Positions 9,778 through 21,905 of a stretch of DNA of 64,000 nucleotides are shown piece by piece; the first letter of the stretch is position 1, and each line of letters begins with the position of its first letter. The notes under the pieces were generated by a model. That model ran no database searches. It was given only the letters and a program-made list of their open reading frames with translations, and was not told the DNA's origin. The stretch covers positions 24,180,001 through 24,244,000 of the forward strand of contig OZ249446.1 of NCBI GenBank assembly GCA_965235115.1. Reading direction: 5' to 3'. The position numbers and the translations under genes are program-made. Origin of the DNA: Laetmonice hystrix. Its lineage: Eukaryota.

Positions 9778-12700
9778 GAGCCGATGAAAGAAAAATCCAG
9801 TTGCAGAGAAGGAGGAGGAGGAGGAGGAGGAGGAGGAGGAGGAGGAGGAGGAGGCGCGTACTTACAATTGTTGAAGGAGAAATACGTGTGCCCCTTGGTC
9901 GGGTTGAACATCTCATCGCTCTCAGGTTCGTCAAATATGAAGCAGTGTTTTTTACCGATCTCTACCCCAGAACAGTTGTTCGGCAACTTCTCCATGCAGA
10001 TCTTGAGGCAGTTTAGCTGTTGGCTTTTCCCCGATTTCATAGGAATCAGTATACCTCCATTGCGTTGTAAGTTCTCATAGGCGCGGAATGGACATCCTTT
10101 AAATATACAGGTTCCCCTGATAATTAATAGTAGGATCTTCCTATTGTAAGATCAGCAGCAAATTTGGTGGAAGGATTTATTTAACAATTCACATTATTGC
10201 AAACCCTGATACTATAACCCGCCCTACGGGGCTAAAAAAACTAAATTATTGGCAAATAATTTCCTGTGTGTGTGTATATTCTAGGGCAATATATGTAATA
10301 CTATAACACAACAAAATGCATAAAAAAATACCAATAACATGATACGAAAAAACATAGAAGCAAACTTTTGAAAAGTTTTGAATCCAAGTCGAGGAGATAC
10401 TTGTAATCAAACGATTTCATGGTCGGTTACCATCAGTTCTGATCTGTTTTCTCAGGTACAGATAGTAGTCCTTGGACGACGCTCCAGGGGACATCGTCAC
10501 TTGAGGACCTTGAGTAGCCATATAAGGTTTAGCTGTTGGTCCATAGTTGTGAGGATGCGGGGCAGGTGGCGCTGCGGTCACATGAGGATAGGGTCCGTAG
10601 TTGTGAGGATACGGGGCAGGTGGCGCTGCGGTCACATGAGGATAGGCTACAGATGACGCAGCTCTGTCCGTGTAGGACTTGGAGTCGTGCGGATCAGTGT
10701 TCTCACAGGAGAGCTGGGTACACAATGCATTAGTTAATTAAACGAGATATTTTAAATGAAGTCCTGCAGTTGTTTTATGATCATAAGCTATGACAATGAG
10801 CATGAAAGGTTAAATGCGGGTATATTTAACCAAATTGCCACCAGGTGGCGGTGCAGTGAAAGATTTAGCGCGTTGGGTTTCTGCATTCTCCAGAAGAGGG
10901 GACGAGCAGGCTGAAAATAGAGTTATCCCAGGAGCCGATAGAACCAGAGCAAGGGTCTGGGTAAGGATTCGGGGCAGGGCGAATTTTAAGGAAGGGGTTA
11001 ATCTAGGGGTAGATACTGGGGTGTGAATAGTGATCTATTTTAGGTCTTATTTTAGGTCTTACCGTCCAATTTCGTTACCATGGAAACCAGGTGGAGGTGG
11101 CACAGGTTACAAAGAGATGTGAGCGATTTCTTTCGGGGTAGGGTGGCAGGCGTGTGTGCAGGATTTTTCGCAGAGGGGGGGGGGGGGGTGGGGGTTGACG
11201 ATGTGGTGGTCAAAATCCCACATCAGAAACGCTGAAAGTGTGCATCGATATCAGTCTATACAAAAATTGGGGCTCTGAGTAGGTGGTTTCAAAGAGCTAA
11301 AATAGGACACATAGCTGTTAATGTGGAGCTGGCCATGCAACAAGCGGGATTTCAGAACTGGTAAGCTGATAAGATTAGCGGGCGACTTTCCCCGCTTTTT
11401 CCCCCAGGTACAAACCAAAATACTTTGAAGACATCGTAGGATCTCACCCTGACATGGGAGCAGCACGAGTTAGGCACAGGCGGGTGAAGGAACTGCGTGT
11501 TCCGTACGTGGAAGAAACAACTACTAGACTTTTTGTCGTAGTCCACGGCGGTACACAACCTGTCGTGAATCGACTTGGGGTCGTTTTCATCGATACATTT
11601 CTGGACACACGCCTCGAACGTGACGCCAGTGGCAACGTGGACGCCGTCGATGACCTGATGGTTCTCGTAGATACGGCTGACGTAGCAACCGTTGCCAACG
11701 TAGGTTTCGTTTTCGCTGTGTGGAGAGGGGTCGGGAATTCCTGTTTGAAGTATAAAGACCAACAATAATTAAATGAGGCTGGTTTATGGTGCTCAGGGGT
11801 CACTTAATTATCTCGATCTCCTCTGTCGGACGCACATTATGTCCGATCCCACCTTTGGCACCCCCCCCCCCCCTCCTGTCTCCAAGAAAATACATTAGTC
11901 ATAGTTAACTTCTTGAATATAACATCAAATGATTGAATGCCTTCTAAGGTCATGAATCATCCCTTTTATATACATTCTGGCGTTTACGACATAGTAACAC
12001 AATCTTATACATGAATAACTAACTGTCAGACAACTATAAAGGGTGCAATAAAACTTTATGCTATTAGAAAAAAACATTTAGAGTAATACAATTAACGAAG
12101 GCGTCTGTATTTTTCTCAAAGCCAATATCGGTAGCGATGCGTGACGTCACCTATTTTGAGCGAGCTATAGTAAATTCAGTAACATAACCGGAAAAAAAAC
12201 GATATCAGTTATTTACCTTCATGGTACCGATAGGGTTTAGTGTTTAATTAAAATACGACAGTCAGAGGTGTCGGTCTGCATGAATCACAAGGCGTAAAGA
12301 AAATGCAAACATTAGGAAAAAAAGAAACAACAAAAAAAGAAGTCCCCATTCCTTAGAGAGTTCAGACAAGGAATAATATATCAACAGGTAATGTTCTGTT
12401 CTTTTGTTTTGGGAGATATATAATCACAATGACAGTTCCGAAGTTGATTATTCATTGTCAGACTTTATCTACCAGCATGTAAGCTGCGATGAGACACCGA
12501 AAACCTAGTCAGGACATAATGATGGGTAAATATTGTTCAATTTAACAAAGGATTCAATGGGGGAAAGACACCTTCTGCTATTAACATTCTTCCAAATTGT
12601 ACATATATCCATCAATATTGATAATTTTAAACGAGAGAGAAAAAGGTAGGTCACCGTCATCAAAATGAAAGGTGGAAAAGCTTTAATGCAAGAAACGGCT

Positions 12701-15700
12701 TCCATTGGGTTCAATGGTAAATTGCCTTTGCCCGTCATTTTCCCGAAAATTAGCATGGTGACCTATAATTTTTAATGCGTTATTTTCAAGCTTATACTAT
12801 GACTATGCTACAAAAAAATTAGAACTTTGTTATAGTTTTTAATGTTTGGCATATGCCGCCAGTTTAACTTCAAAATACTAAAAAGTGCTAGTAATGATTC
12901 AACTAAGTTCAACTCCAACTAAGTCTGATTATTTGTCCCCATTTGATCATGGAATCTAAAAAGATTTTCTTCGTTCGTTAACAGCCTTGGAGATCTTGGT
13001 GGAGAAGTGTTATGAGAACTTGGAGAGCAGGCCAGTTTTCTGGGAGGGGATTCCCAAAAACTCACTAACTTCCCCCAAAGGTTTTCTGGCTTTATTTTTT
13101 CAAACTGCCTAGTCATCGACTCCCCCATAGAAAAGTGAACTGCTGAAAGAACCCCTAACTTACCCGGTTTTTCGGTAGGAGCGTTGTACATGAGGGTGGG
13201 GTTGAGTTTGTTCCGTTCGTCACCGACACAGAACCCCACCCGATAATGAACAACCCCCGGCAGGTGACTAAGCCGATCACGTGGGTAGCACGTGCCAGTC
13301 TCGTGGATCACACACTGAGTCTCGGTGGGGAAATAATCGACACCCCAACACTTCCCCAATTTCTCACAGTACCGGACGCATTCAGTGGCCGACATCTTCT
13401 TCTGGGGGGCCAGGTAGCCCCCGGAATACATGGTGCCGTGCATCATTTCCGGGGTATAAACTGGCAAAATTGAGCAAAAGAAAGTTAAAACATACAGGAA
13501 AATCCGGTTATTCCCCCATGATAACTTTCTCACCAAATTTTTGGGAAGGGGTTCGGGTTAAAGGGAATAGAAAAGTTCAAACTATCAATATAAGGGTGTT
13601 CAGCATGAACAAGCTTGTTCTTACCTACAATTCTGTGATCATCTGATCTTTAATAAAGGAATAATCAACCGAAATGTAGAGACATTCTCCCGCTGGCTTC
13701 GTCCGTTTGTTTACCCTATTTGGCCCTTATCTCAATCTATTAATAGATATAGCTCCCGCTGTCTCGCGTGGGAAATAGCGAATGACCCGGGCGGTATTTT
13801 TAAAAAGTCGCCGTTGACAGTGTTCCACATACTATATATATATATGGAATACCGGCGACGACATGCGAGATGCGAGACAGTGTGTTTGGGTTAGGGTAAA
13901 GGTTAGTCCTAGGGTTAGTGTTAGTTTTAACTTTAGCCCCAAAATTATTGTTAAATAGGCACTAATTGAGCAGTGGATCGTGATGTCGGTGTCAATAACA
14001 AACATTCTATGTGCTAAATTGACACTGTTCGGTACCATGTCGCTTCTCGCATCTCGCATGTCGTCGCCGGTATTCCATAGTTCCACTTATCGGTGTGACC
14101 TTAGACACTTTACTGGTGTTACTGGTGTTCAAAGGTACGTTAGTGAGGAACTTTTTTATTCCCTTTAAGGTCGGGGATAGGGATAAGGATAGGGATAGGG
14201 ATAGGATAGGGTTATGCTTTGGGAGGTGTAGGGACATTAGTAGTGACCGGGGTTAGGGATAAGGTCTTGGCTATGGATCTTTACTTTCGAACCCACTAAA
14301 AACCCCACTTATACCTCGACGTCATACCTGGTGACAATATTCTATTGACCACTATCAGGAGTAAGAAATTTCAATGGGTCAGCCAGCATTAAGTGCTGAA
14401 CCCACCAAGGCGATTCCCCTTGCGACGGCCATGAGGTTTTTGATTTAATGGTGGAATTTCACTCTGAAATTTTTCCTGGCTGGCCTTCTCCGTTTCAGGA
14501 AATGGGTTCCATCCTTTAATCTCAAAATTACAGTAAAATAAAAGGGTGATGTCAAAACTGCATGGGCGTCGCAAGGGGAATCGCCTTGGTGGGTTCAACA
14601 CATTACAGAGGAATGCCCTGTGTTATTGTCCTGGTCCACTGACCATGCTGGCCATGATGTCTGTTCCATTGTAATTACCTGCTCCTGACAGTGGAATATT
14701 GCACTTAGCATATTTCGGCCAGGAATTACGCCGAGATGAGTGGGATTTCCCCGTATATGGAATTACTTTGAGTATAAATTTGAGGAAAGATGACATATGA
14801 ATTATACAGCGTATGTTACAATATAGAGTGTTTAACTAATGCTCCATGTACATCGAGAGCCCCCGATATGTATGCATTCACCTTGTTACACCCCTTGGCT
14901 ATACATTCAACCAAGGTTCATCCAGTACATTAAGCGCCCTCTATCGCTGAAAACAAGCATCTTTTATAGCAACAGCTGGTCTCGGCTAACTTTGAATTTG
15001 ATGAACGTCAATTAATTACAGCGACATAAAACGTATACTACATATAGAGAGGGCAATTTTTCGAAAGCAGTGCTATAATACATGACTTCCGTGACATTGA
15101 CTTGAACAAAAACTTCTGTCTCTCCGAGAGCCCTTATGATTTATATCCACTATAAAATTAACAATTTGACAAACGACGGTAGAATCAATTAACAATAAAA
15201 TAAATCTCATGATTGATTTCATGCGGGGTATTTAAGTCTGCTGAAATACCTGGAGGAAGACAATGAAATTAGCCATGCTCGTTACTGTATATAGAAATGT
15301 CACAGGCCAGGCAAGTCCATCTGGACAGCATACTCGTGTCTAGCATATTAATTAATATATCTAATATCTTATTGAGTCTAATACAATTGTAACCTCAAGA
15401 ATGGCGGCTTTAACCAATTCTATCACTGTCCATATTTCAGACTTGCCTTGGGGCATTTTAATGCGACTTACATGCTTGGCCGTTTGTCAGACTATTTCAT
15501 ATCATACATAAAAATGTAGATTGGTATTTTTATAGGTTTGTTCATTAATTTCATTCTTCGTTCGTAACTCATAAAGAGGCAATTGCTATAAAAGAAAGTT
15601 GAAGGCTGCCCTAGAATGCAACTTTTTACACTCGTTTTATCAACTTTTATTTCAGTGCAGGAATGAAATGCTACACTACTTTTAATATTTTTTAACAATA

Positions 15701-16283
15701 TAAACGTGATTGATGATAAAGAATTACGATACATTAATAGCCGCAGCCGCAAATCCAGGAAGAAGGTGAGGGTTCCAATGGTTCATTCGAACCCCCTTCT
15801 CTACCTCCCCAATAAAGAAATGAGAAGAAAAAGAAAGAAAGAAAGAAATGAAAAAGCAAACGGAACCAAATTAACAAGCTTCGGGTTTGGCGATAGCTAA
15901 GGAGCCTAAAAACAAAATTAAATTTCAGAATTTTCCGGGGGGAGGGGGCATAATTGGAACCCCCTCTTGAAATATCATGGAGCCGCCCGGCCTGGTCGTG
16001 GTAAGAAAACATTTGAGGGGGTATCCATGCACCAGGGATTCCTGACAAGGAGGAATTCACAACTGAAGCAGCAAAAACGAAAAAAGATACTCTAAACGGA
16101 CCGCTCCCTGCCCCCCATCTGAAAATTCCCTGAATGAATAAACTATTGTTTTAGCAGGATGAAACACCTTCAAGTGTGAAAATAAATAAAGATGAAGAAA
16201 AACCTACCTATTGCGGCGGCAAAGTCTGTGGCGGTCAGCAGTAAAAAGACAGCAGTGATTTTCATCCATTCTCTCGGTTCCAT
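7398..16283 (-). CDS. Gene B: secreted mosaic protein, signal peptide - PAN - PAN - Pro/His/Tyr linker - PAN - three-finger (LU) - LamG; about 718 aa; paralog of gene A
   Basis: Exons (minus) 16283-16208 (MEPREWMKITAVFLLLTATDFAAAI, signal-peptide-like), 13460-13164, 11740-11448, 10713-10431, 10096-9866, 9533-9390, 9301-9140, 8766-8375, 8094-7947, 7782-7721, 7466-7398 (TAA). All GT-AG, total 2157 nt = 719 codons in frame. Motifs CVRYCEKLGKCWGVDY, CVQKC...CTAVDYDKKSSSC, IERGC...CTCLSDSCN, LYPLDTDFRDYSGYERHG, CFDG, FSLTFWV, FIGYLSN|VQLFQTVL. Additional small exons in the 2.7 kb first intron cannot be excluded. Confidence 0.85.
9690..9853. repeat. (CT)n and (GGA)n microsatellites in an intron of gene B
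   Basis: Directly visible; these produce the low-complexity ORFs in the track. Confidence 0.95.
10538..10645 (-). repeat. 54-nt coding tandem repeat (2x YPHVTAAPPAPxPHNYGP) in the linker exon of gene B
   Basis: ggtcc(a/g)tagttgtgaggat...cacatgaggatag at 10538 and 10592. Confidence 0.9.
13843..14079. mobile_element. MITE-like element with 35-bp perfect inverted repeats and internal degenerate (GGGTTA)-like tract
   Basis: tatggaataccggcgacgacatgcgagatgcgaga (13843-13877) vs its reverse complement at 14045-14079; the outer TA may be a TSD. Confidence 0.75.
14397..14597. repeat. 31-bp perfect inverted repeat with about 140 nt spacer
   Basis: tgaacccaccaaggcgattccccttgcgacg (14397-14427) / cgtcgcaaggggaatcgccttggtgggttca (14567-14597). 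Confidence 0.9.
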
Positions 16284-16497
16284 GGTTAAAAAAGAACGTT
16301 AAGTGTATGAAGCTTTTAGTTCCAGTGTTTTAAGATCGAGCTATATGGTCCCCACCTTCTACAGGCACCATGCAATACTGAACCTCTCACAACGAGGTAA
16401 GACGGCCCAAAAGTCGTTTGGAGTTGTATGAATAATTGAAGCATAATATCAGAATATGATCGCAATACATGCATTCATGTCGATGCTGCAAAATTAC

Positions 16498-16544
16498 CAC
16501 TTGGGGCGCCACTGGCACAAGCGACAAGGACGAGGAGAAGCATG
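16498..16544 (-). CDS. Possible alternative signal-peptide exon of gene B (MLLLVLVACASGAPS-G, phase-1 donor)
   Basis: gtttcacaag|cATGCTTCTCCTCGTCCTTGTCGCTTGTGCCAGTGGCGCCCCAAGTG|gtaatt; hydrophobic, and the same phase as the 16283-16208 exon. Confidence 0.35.
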
Positions 16545-16695
16545 CTTGTGAAACAATGACGACGTTAATGTTTTGGTCCAGAACAATTCCAACTTTAGAC
16601 CCACTTGTCAAGCAAATCATGTTGAAATAGAAATACCATCTTCCCAAAGATAATCGCGCATGACTACACTAAAAGGGATGATTTTGAGCAACTTA

Positions 16696-17392
16696 GGCCG
16701 TGTTCACATTAGGGAAATTTGCCGGCAAATATCAGCTATAGCGGGAGAGCGCCAGGTGTGAACGCGCTTACCCGAGGTAAATTACCCGGGGTAAGCTACC
16801 GAGGTATCTTGACTGGAGGGAAGGAATAGCTCTGCCGGCAGAAATCTTACCTCGGGTAGCTGTAATGTGAACGCGGGATTTGCCGAGAGCAGCCACCACG
16901 GGGGCATTACGAGCGCATGGCTATTGCAGAAACTCTAGCGCAAGGATGAATATTTTATCAAATATTACACCCTACACCTTCACTGAACACCAAATTTTTA
17001 TTTATAGGTCCCCTATTGCATTTCACTAAAAGTAGAGGCCCCAAATCAACCTCACACTCTACTAAAAGTAGAGGCCCCAAATCAACCTCACACTCCACTA
17101 AAAGTAGAGGCCCCAAATCAACCTCACACTCCCCTCTGGATTAAATTACCATGTGTGTCCATTCACTGTCCAATAAGTCTGTTTTCATGTGACGTATATT
17201 TAGTTCTAATGAATTTGATGAAAATATTCCTTTTTTCCAAAACATATCATGTGTAGGTTCCTCGTGAGCTCACTACCGCTATAGCGGCAGGAAAGTTCCC
17301 CCGGCAAAACGTGGGTAGTCTGAACGCTGGTCTTTATCAGACCTTAATTCTGCCGGCAGAAGCTCTCCCTGCCACTAGGTGTGAACACGGCC
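16696..17392. mobile_element. PIF/Harbinger-like MITE
   Basis: 13-bp TIR ggccgtgttcaca / tgtgaacacggcc, TTA on both flanks (3-bp TSD); internal 36-nt x3 tandem repeat at 17025-17131. Confidence 0.85.
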
Positions 17393-17806
17393 TTAAAGTC
17401 ATATTTTATTAGTAGACATATATTGGTATACGTCTTCAATAATATCGATCGCTATTGAATGCAGATTTTTTTTCTATTTATAAATAGAAATCAGTTGGTA
17501 TATAAAACCATTGTCTGTGTATTGCCCTGTTTGCTTGTATCTAGACATAGGCTACACATCAAAGATATATGCTCACAATAGAGGACTCCTTAATTAAATC
17601 AATCACGATTCAAGGTCAATCAAGGTCATGTGTCAGTAGAACACGACGCGCTGCCGTTGCTGGCATTCAAATCAGTCGGAAATGAATAGGCCCAACACGC
17701 CTGAGAGAATATAGAGCTTTCTTAATTAAATAGCACATGAAAGGCAAGAGTTATAATAAGGTTACTTTAAAAATGTCATAATAATGGTAAAATTCTTTAT
17801 AAGTAC

Positions 17807-17955
17807 CACGGCCGTGCCCAGATTGATGCAGGGGGGTTATTGGTGAGGGGAGGGGGGGGGGAGTGGACGGATCCAAGTGTTAGTTAGGATCTTTGGCACC
17901 CAGGGGGGGGGGAGGTACAGACCCCCCCCCCCCCCCCCCCCCGGGCACGGCCCTG
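17807..17955. mobile_element. Short MITE, CAGGGCC-type TIR, probable 5-bp TSD
   Basis: cacggccgtgccc ... gggcacggccctg; flanks AGTAC / AGTAG; internal poly-G/poly-C. Confidence 0.65.
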
Positions 17956-18531
17956 AGTAGGCTACAGTTTGGCAGATTTGGAAGCATCCCGGCCCGTGTA
18001 TTTTCCGATGGTTGTTTGAGGAACTGCTCATGTCAAACAGGCACTGCCATAGCCTCGTCCTGGAGCTGACCAGCCTCGCTATCATCGATCGTTAACAGTG
18101 TGTTTTCTTTATTCACCATTACAGTGTGCACGTGACTAACTTCAAGAGTTTCTATAACTGAGATGCATCTTACTCCCAATGGAACGTTGACAGCTTTGGG
18201 GTCAGCGATTTCCATTCCTCGGTCGACCCTATGAGGTTGACCTCGATACTGCACGGTTCAGGACAGCCCACTGCAACATCCAGCGCCCCCTGGCGACCGT
18301 GGCGGCACACTACATATCATGACACAGATAAAGAAACGCCCTGCCGAATAATTTCCCCGATATACCTTCAAGGCGGAACGCTACTCTAGACGTGTATCCG
18401 GCGTTGCTGTTTGATTATTAGAGCGTGGATTCATTAATTCTACGTCAAATTACAATCATTTGGATGCTATAATTTAAGGTGACATCATTAGCGAATCAAA
18501 CAAAACTTTTTGTCCTTTGTCTCTGGTTCCC

Positions 18532-18687
18532 NNNNNNNNNNNNNNNNNNNNNNNNNNNNNNNNNNNNNNNNNNNNNNNNNNNNNNNNNNNNNNNNNNNNN
18601 NNNNNNNNNNNNNNNNNNNNNNNNNNNNNNNNNNNNNNNNNNNNNNNNNNNNNNNNNNNNNNNNNNNNNNNNNNNNNNNNNNNNNNN
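18532..18687. other. Assembly gap (N run)
   Basis: Run of N. Confidence 1.
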
Positions 18688-20269
18688 TCTCTCGCGCGCG
18701 TCCGATCTCTCCCTAAGTTCCTAAAACAACACTATTATTGAGTGGGAAGTTTTGGACTGAGTATTGAATTTAGTGCATAGTTATAGTATGCTGTAGTCCC
18801 GAGGCTCAGGCTTACGCAATGATCATTTGTTATTCCTTACTTCTCTCTTAACTCTTGATACACCTACACATGTAATATGTGTGAATCATTAGACTTAACT
18901 TTCAGTGTAGCACCATGACAACGGATCTATCATTGTCAAGTATCATAATAGGGCCCCTCATCATGCAATTTTACATCTCGCCAGGGGAGAAATTCACACA
19001 TTCCATCAGTAATTCTCCCGGATCTGACGCCGGCCTTCCGATTTCACAATGGAGAGCAACCGACATGATCAAACACCCAGTCTACCGCCAAGAGATTTTA
19101 AAGGATGACTCGGGAGAGTTCGGAACCTTAAACTGCAGGCCGTCATTCTGACCTCCAAAGGGGAAACGGTTATTCTGAGATATAAACAATCGTTTCACCC
19201 ATGATCATCTGTGCCCATTTTTCATTGTTAAAGGTCAGATGTCTATCACCTGATTGGACAATCATATCGTTGTTTGTTTGACGTAATAAATCGCTCTCTT
19301 TCGTTCATAATGACGTAATGATCGGTCACGTTCCAGGAGGCAGAGTCATCCTTTAACTGATCGAAACCGCCCAGGGCAACGATTGTTTTCGTCACGTTTA
19401 CCGAGAAAAGCAGACCTGTGGATCGAAGACTCAGCTGCAGGGTTAATGTCATGTAATATTCATTGAATGTAAAGTAAATGGGGTTAATTAATAAATGCCA
19501 TCACCCAGAGACATTCATCACCTAATCAAGGTTAATTGGAATAACACAAATCGCGAACCATTGTCAGTAAAGGTCTCACTCGGACGCTCCTGTCGAGTTA
19601 CTGTTCTGGGAATATCATCATAGGCGACATTTGGATGGCAGGGCAAACTAATAGGCCTCTGAAAATATTTTACAAGAGAACAAGAACGTCTAGGCTATAG
19701 CCTAAATCCAGGCCCACCTAGGCTTAACTTTCCTTTCATTTTGACGATAATTTAAAACGTGATAGGCCAAATACAATCTGGTTTATTTTTCTTCGGTCGT
19801 TTCTTCACCCCCCTGCTTCGCATTGCCGTGTTTCCAATTAAGGTCATGATCGAGGCAATTTAGGTTGTGTCCATGCAGTGACCTATAGGACTAGTCTTAT
19901 TTTATTTTTAATTTAGAATAATGCATGGCCTAAGTAACCCATAACAATAAATAAGAGGGTCCATCTAACGGCGACCAGGCTATAGAGTGTACATGCTGTA
20001 CAACATATAACAAAGTCTTGGTAGGCCTCATCAAATAGGAGATAATTGTAAATTCTGACGGCAGTGGGCCCAACAGTATTTTCGGTGGGAAAATTTAAAC
20101 TTTCTCAATTATGTTAATTATTTAAAATGATACTTTTGAAGGGTTATGGGACTTTTTGTCAATTGGGAACACTAATGTTGAAAAAGTACCATAAAATATC
20201 ATAGTTCGAGAGCTAGAACCAGGGTATGACGGCGGTGGGTCTGCTTAAGCATTTTACATTATACTGAAG

Positions 20270-21400
20270 TTGCATATTACATACATATGCTTTATTATAT
20301 TAATAAATAATGTCATTTTATTCCTGATACTTTATCCTTTATTCCAGTATAGCATTCTCTTTTACCTTAATTATTGGAGATTTTTGTATCACTTAATAAT
20401 CTATAATCAGTTACGTGAAATTGGAATATTTCTATATATTTCCGAAATTCTTTCACACCTTGTAAATTTTATTGAACTCATAGGAAATTATTAGTTATAA
20501 AGTGCAAATCTTCTTCTTCCCATAAAAATTAAACTGATAAGTTCAAAACATGTAACATATCTTTTTACAAGAGAATAATGTGTACCCACTGGCGGTCAGC
20601 GTAAAAGCTGACCGCCAGTATGTCTATATACATTAAACACATTAAAAGGGGAAAACTCAACAACGCACCCCTATTTAAAAGGTAAAAGTATATAGTATCC
20701 TGTATTCCTGTAGAACCTGCTGGCTTCTACCTATAAAAAGTTCCTTTGACACTTAAGCTAATCTAACATAATTAAGCTTTATTTTTTACAAATTAAAAAA
20801 AAATTATAATTTACCATTTGATTCATTTCTCCAATATTTAAATGTATGAAACATGACCGCCAGTCCAAGTGTTTCTTCATATACTAAAGTTGCATAATGC
20901 ATATGCATTAATTATTATATTAATAAAATTGATTATATTTTATTAGAGATATTTTATCCCTTAATCTAGTATAGAATTCTGTAATATTCCCTATTCCATT
21001 AAAAAATTTATTAATTGCATATTTTTGAAATTAATAATCAGTTACGTTAAATTGGAAAATTTCTAGATGTATTTCTGAGATCCTTTCACACCCTGTAAAT
21101 TAAATAAACTATACGGAAATTCTTTAGTTATAAGATGTAGGCCTAAAGCTTCTTCTTTCCATAAAAATAATACTTGGATCTGAAGTCCAAGACATATCTA
21201 TTACATTTTTTTTATTACAAGATGATAAATATGTACCCACTGGCGGCCAGCGTAAAAGCTGACAAAAATTAATGTCGATAGTATACCGCCCTAAAAGAAA
21301 AGAAGACCACTAAATTTCCTTTTTATTTTAAAATGGACCAAATGTTTAAAGTGTCGATCTATACCCACTGGCGGTCATTTTTGCCCCTACACTACTAGCC
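20270..21400. repeat. Old AT-rich tandem duplication (period about 651 nt) with a GC-rich hairpin motif
   Basis: gtacccactggcgg(t/c)cagcgtaaaagctgac at 20582 and 21233; surrounding AT-rich text aligns by eye. Confidence 0.7.
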
Positions 21401-21905
21401 TATAAATATTCTATAACTACTGAAATAATTATGCGGAGTGTATGTCTACATTGCATTAAATGTTCTGCGTTATTCTATGGAGATTGACCCTTAATGGTGA
21501 AAAGAGGAATTTTAAAATATTTGAATTATTCCCCATACACCAGCTTTGGAAAGTTGTTAAACAGGGTCTCGTACTTAAAAAAACACAGCCCCAAAATGAC
21601 AGATTCTATCCCTGACACAGTTAATAGGAAGGCATAGGCCTAGGTAAAACTAGGCCCTATAGGCCCCCCTGAAAGAACATAAAATATATATAACAAAAAA
21701 CAAACTCTACCAATTGTAAAAATTTACCGTGCAAAAAAAAAATTAAAATGGAGGCCTAATTAAATATAAAAAAAAATAAGGAAAGACAATTAAGATATCG
21801 GCTTATATTTTACAAATATGAAATTTAGGTAGGCTGCAATGTGTAAAGAAATGGTGCATGACCAGAAAGGGAAAGCAACATAATGTGTGGGAAGAAAAAA
21901 TGATC

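Noticed and set aside
9653-10080. Poly-R, poly-G, poly-L and (ER)n ORFs
   Set aside because: Translations of (GGA)n and (CT)n microsatellites; only 10096-9866 on the minus strand is a real PAN exon.
15940-16041. Possible extra gene B exon (GIPGAWIPPQ...)
   Set aside because: It has a good acceptor, but runs into a MITE-like G-rich end with no convincing in-frame donor.
17837-18254. Minus-strand ORFs of 73-82 aa upstream of gene B
   Set aside because: No recognisable domain and no consistent splice chain; one overlaps a MITE.
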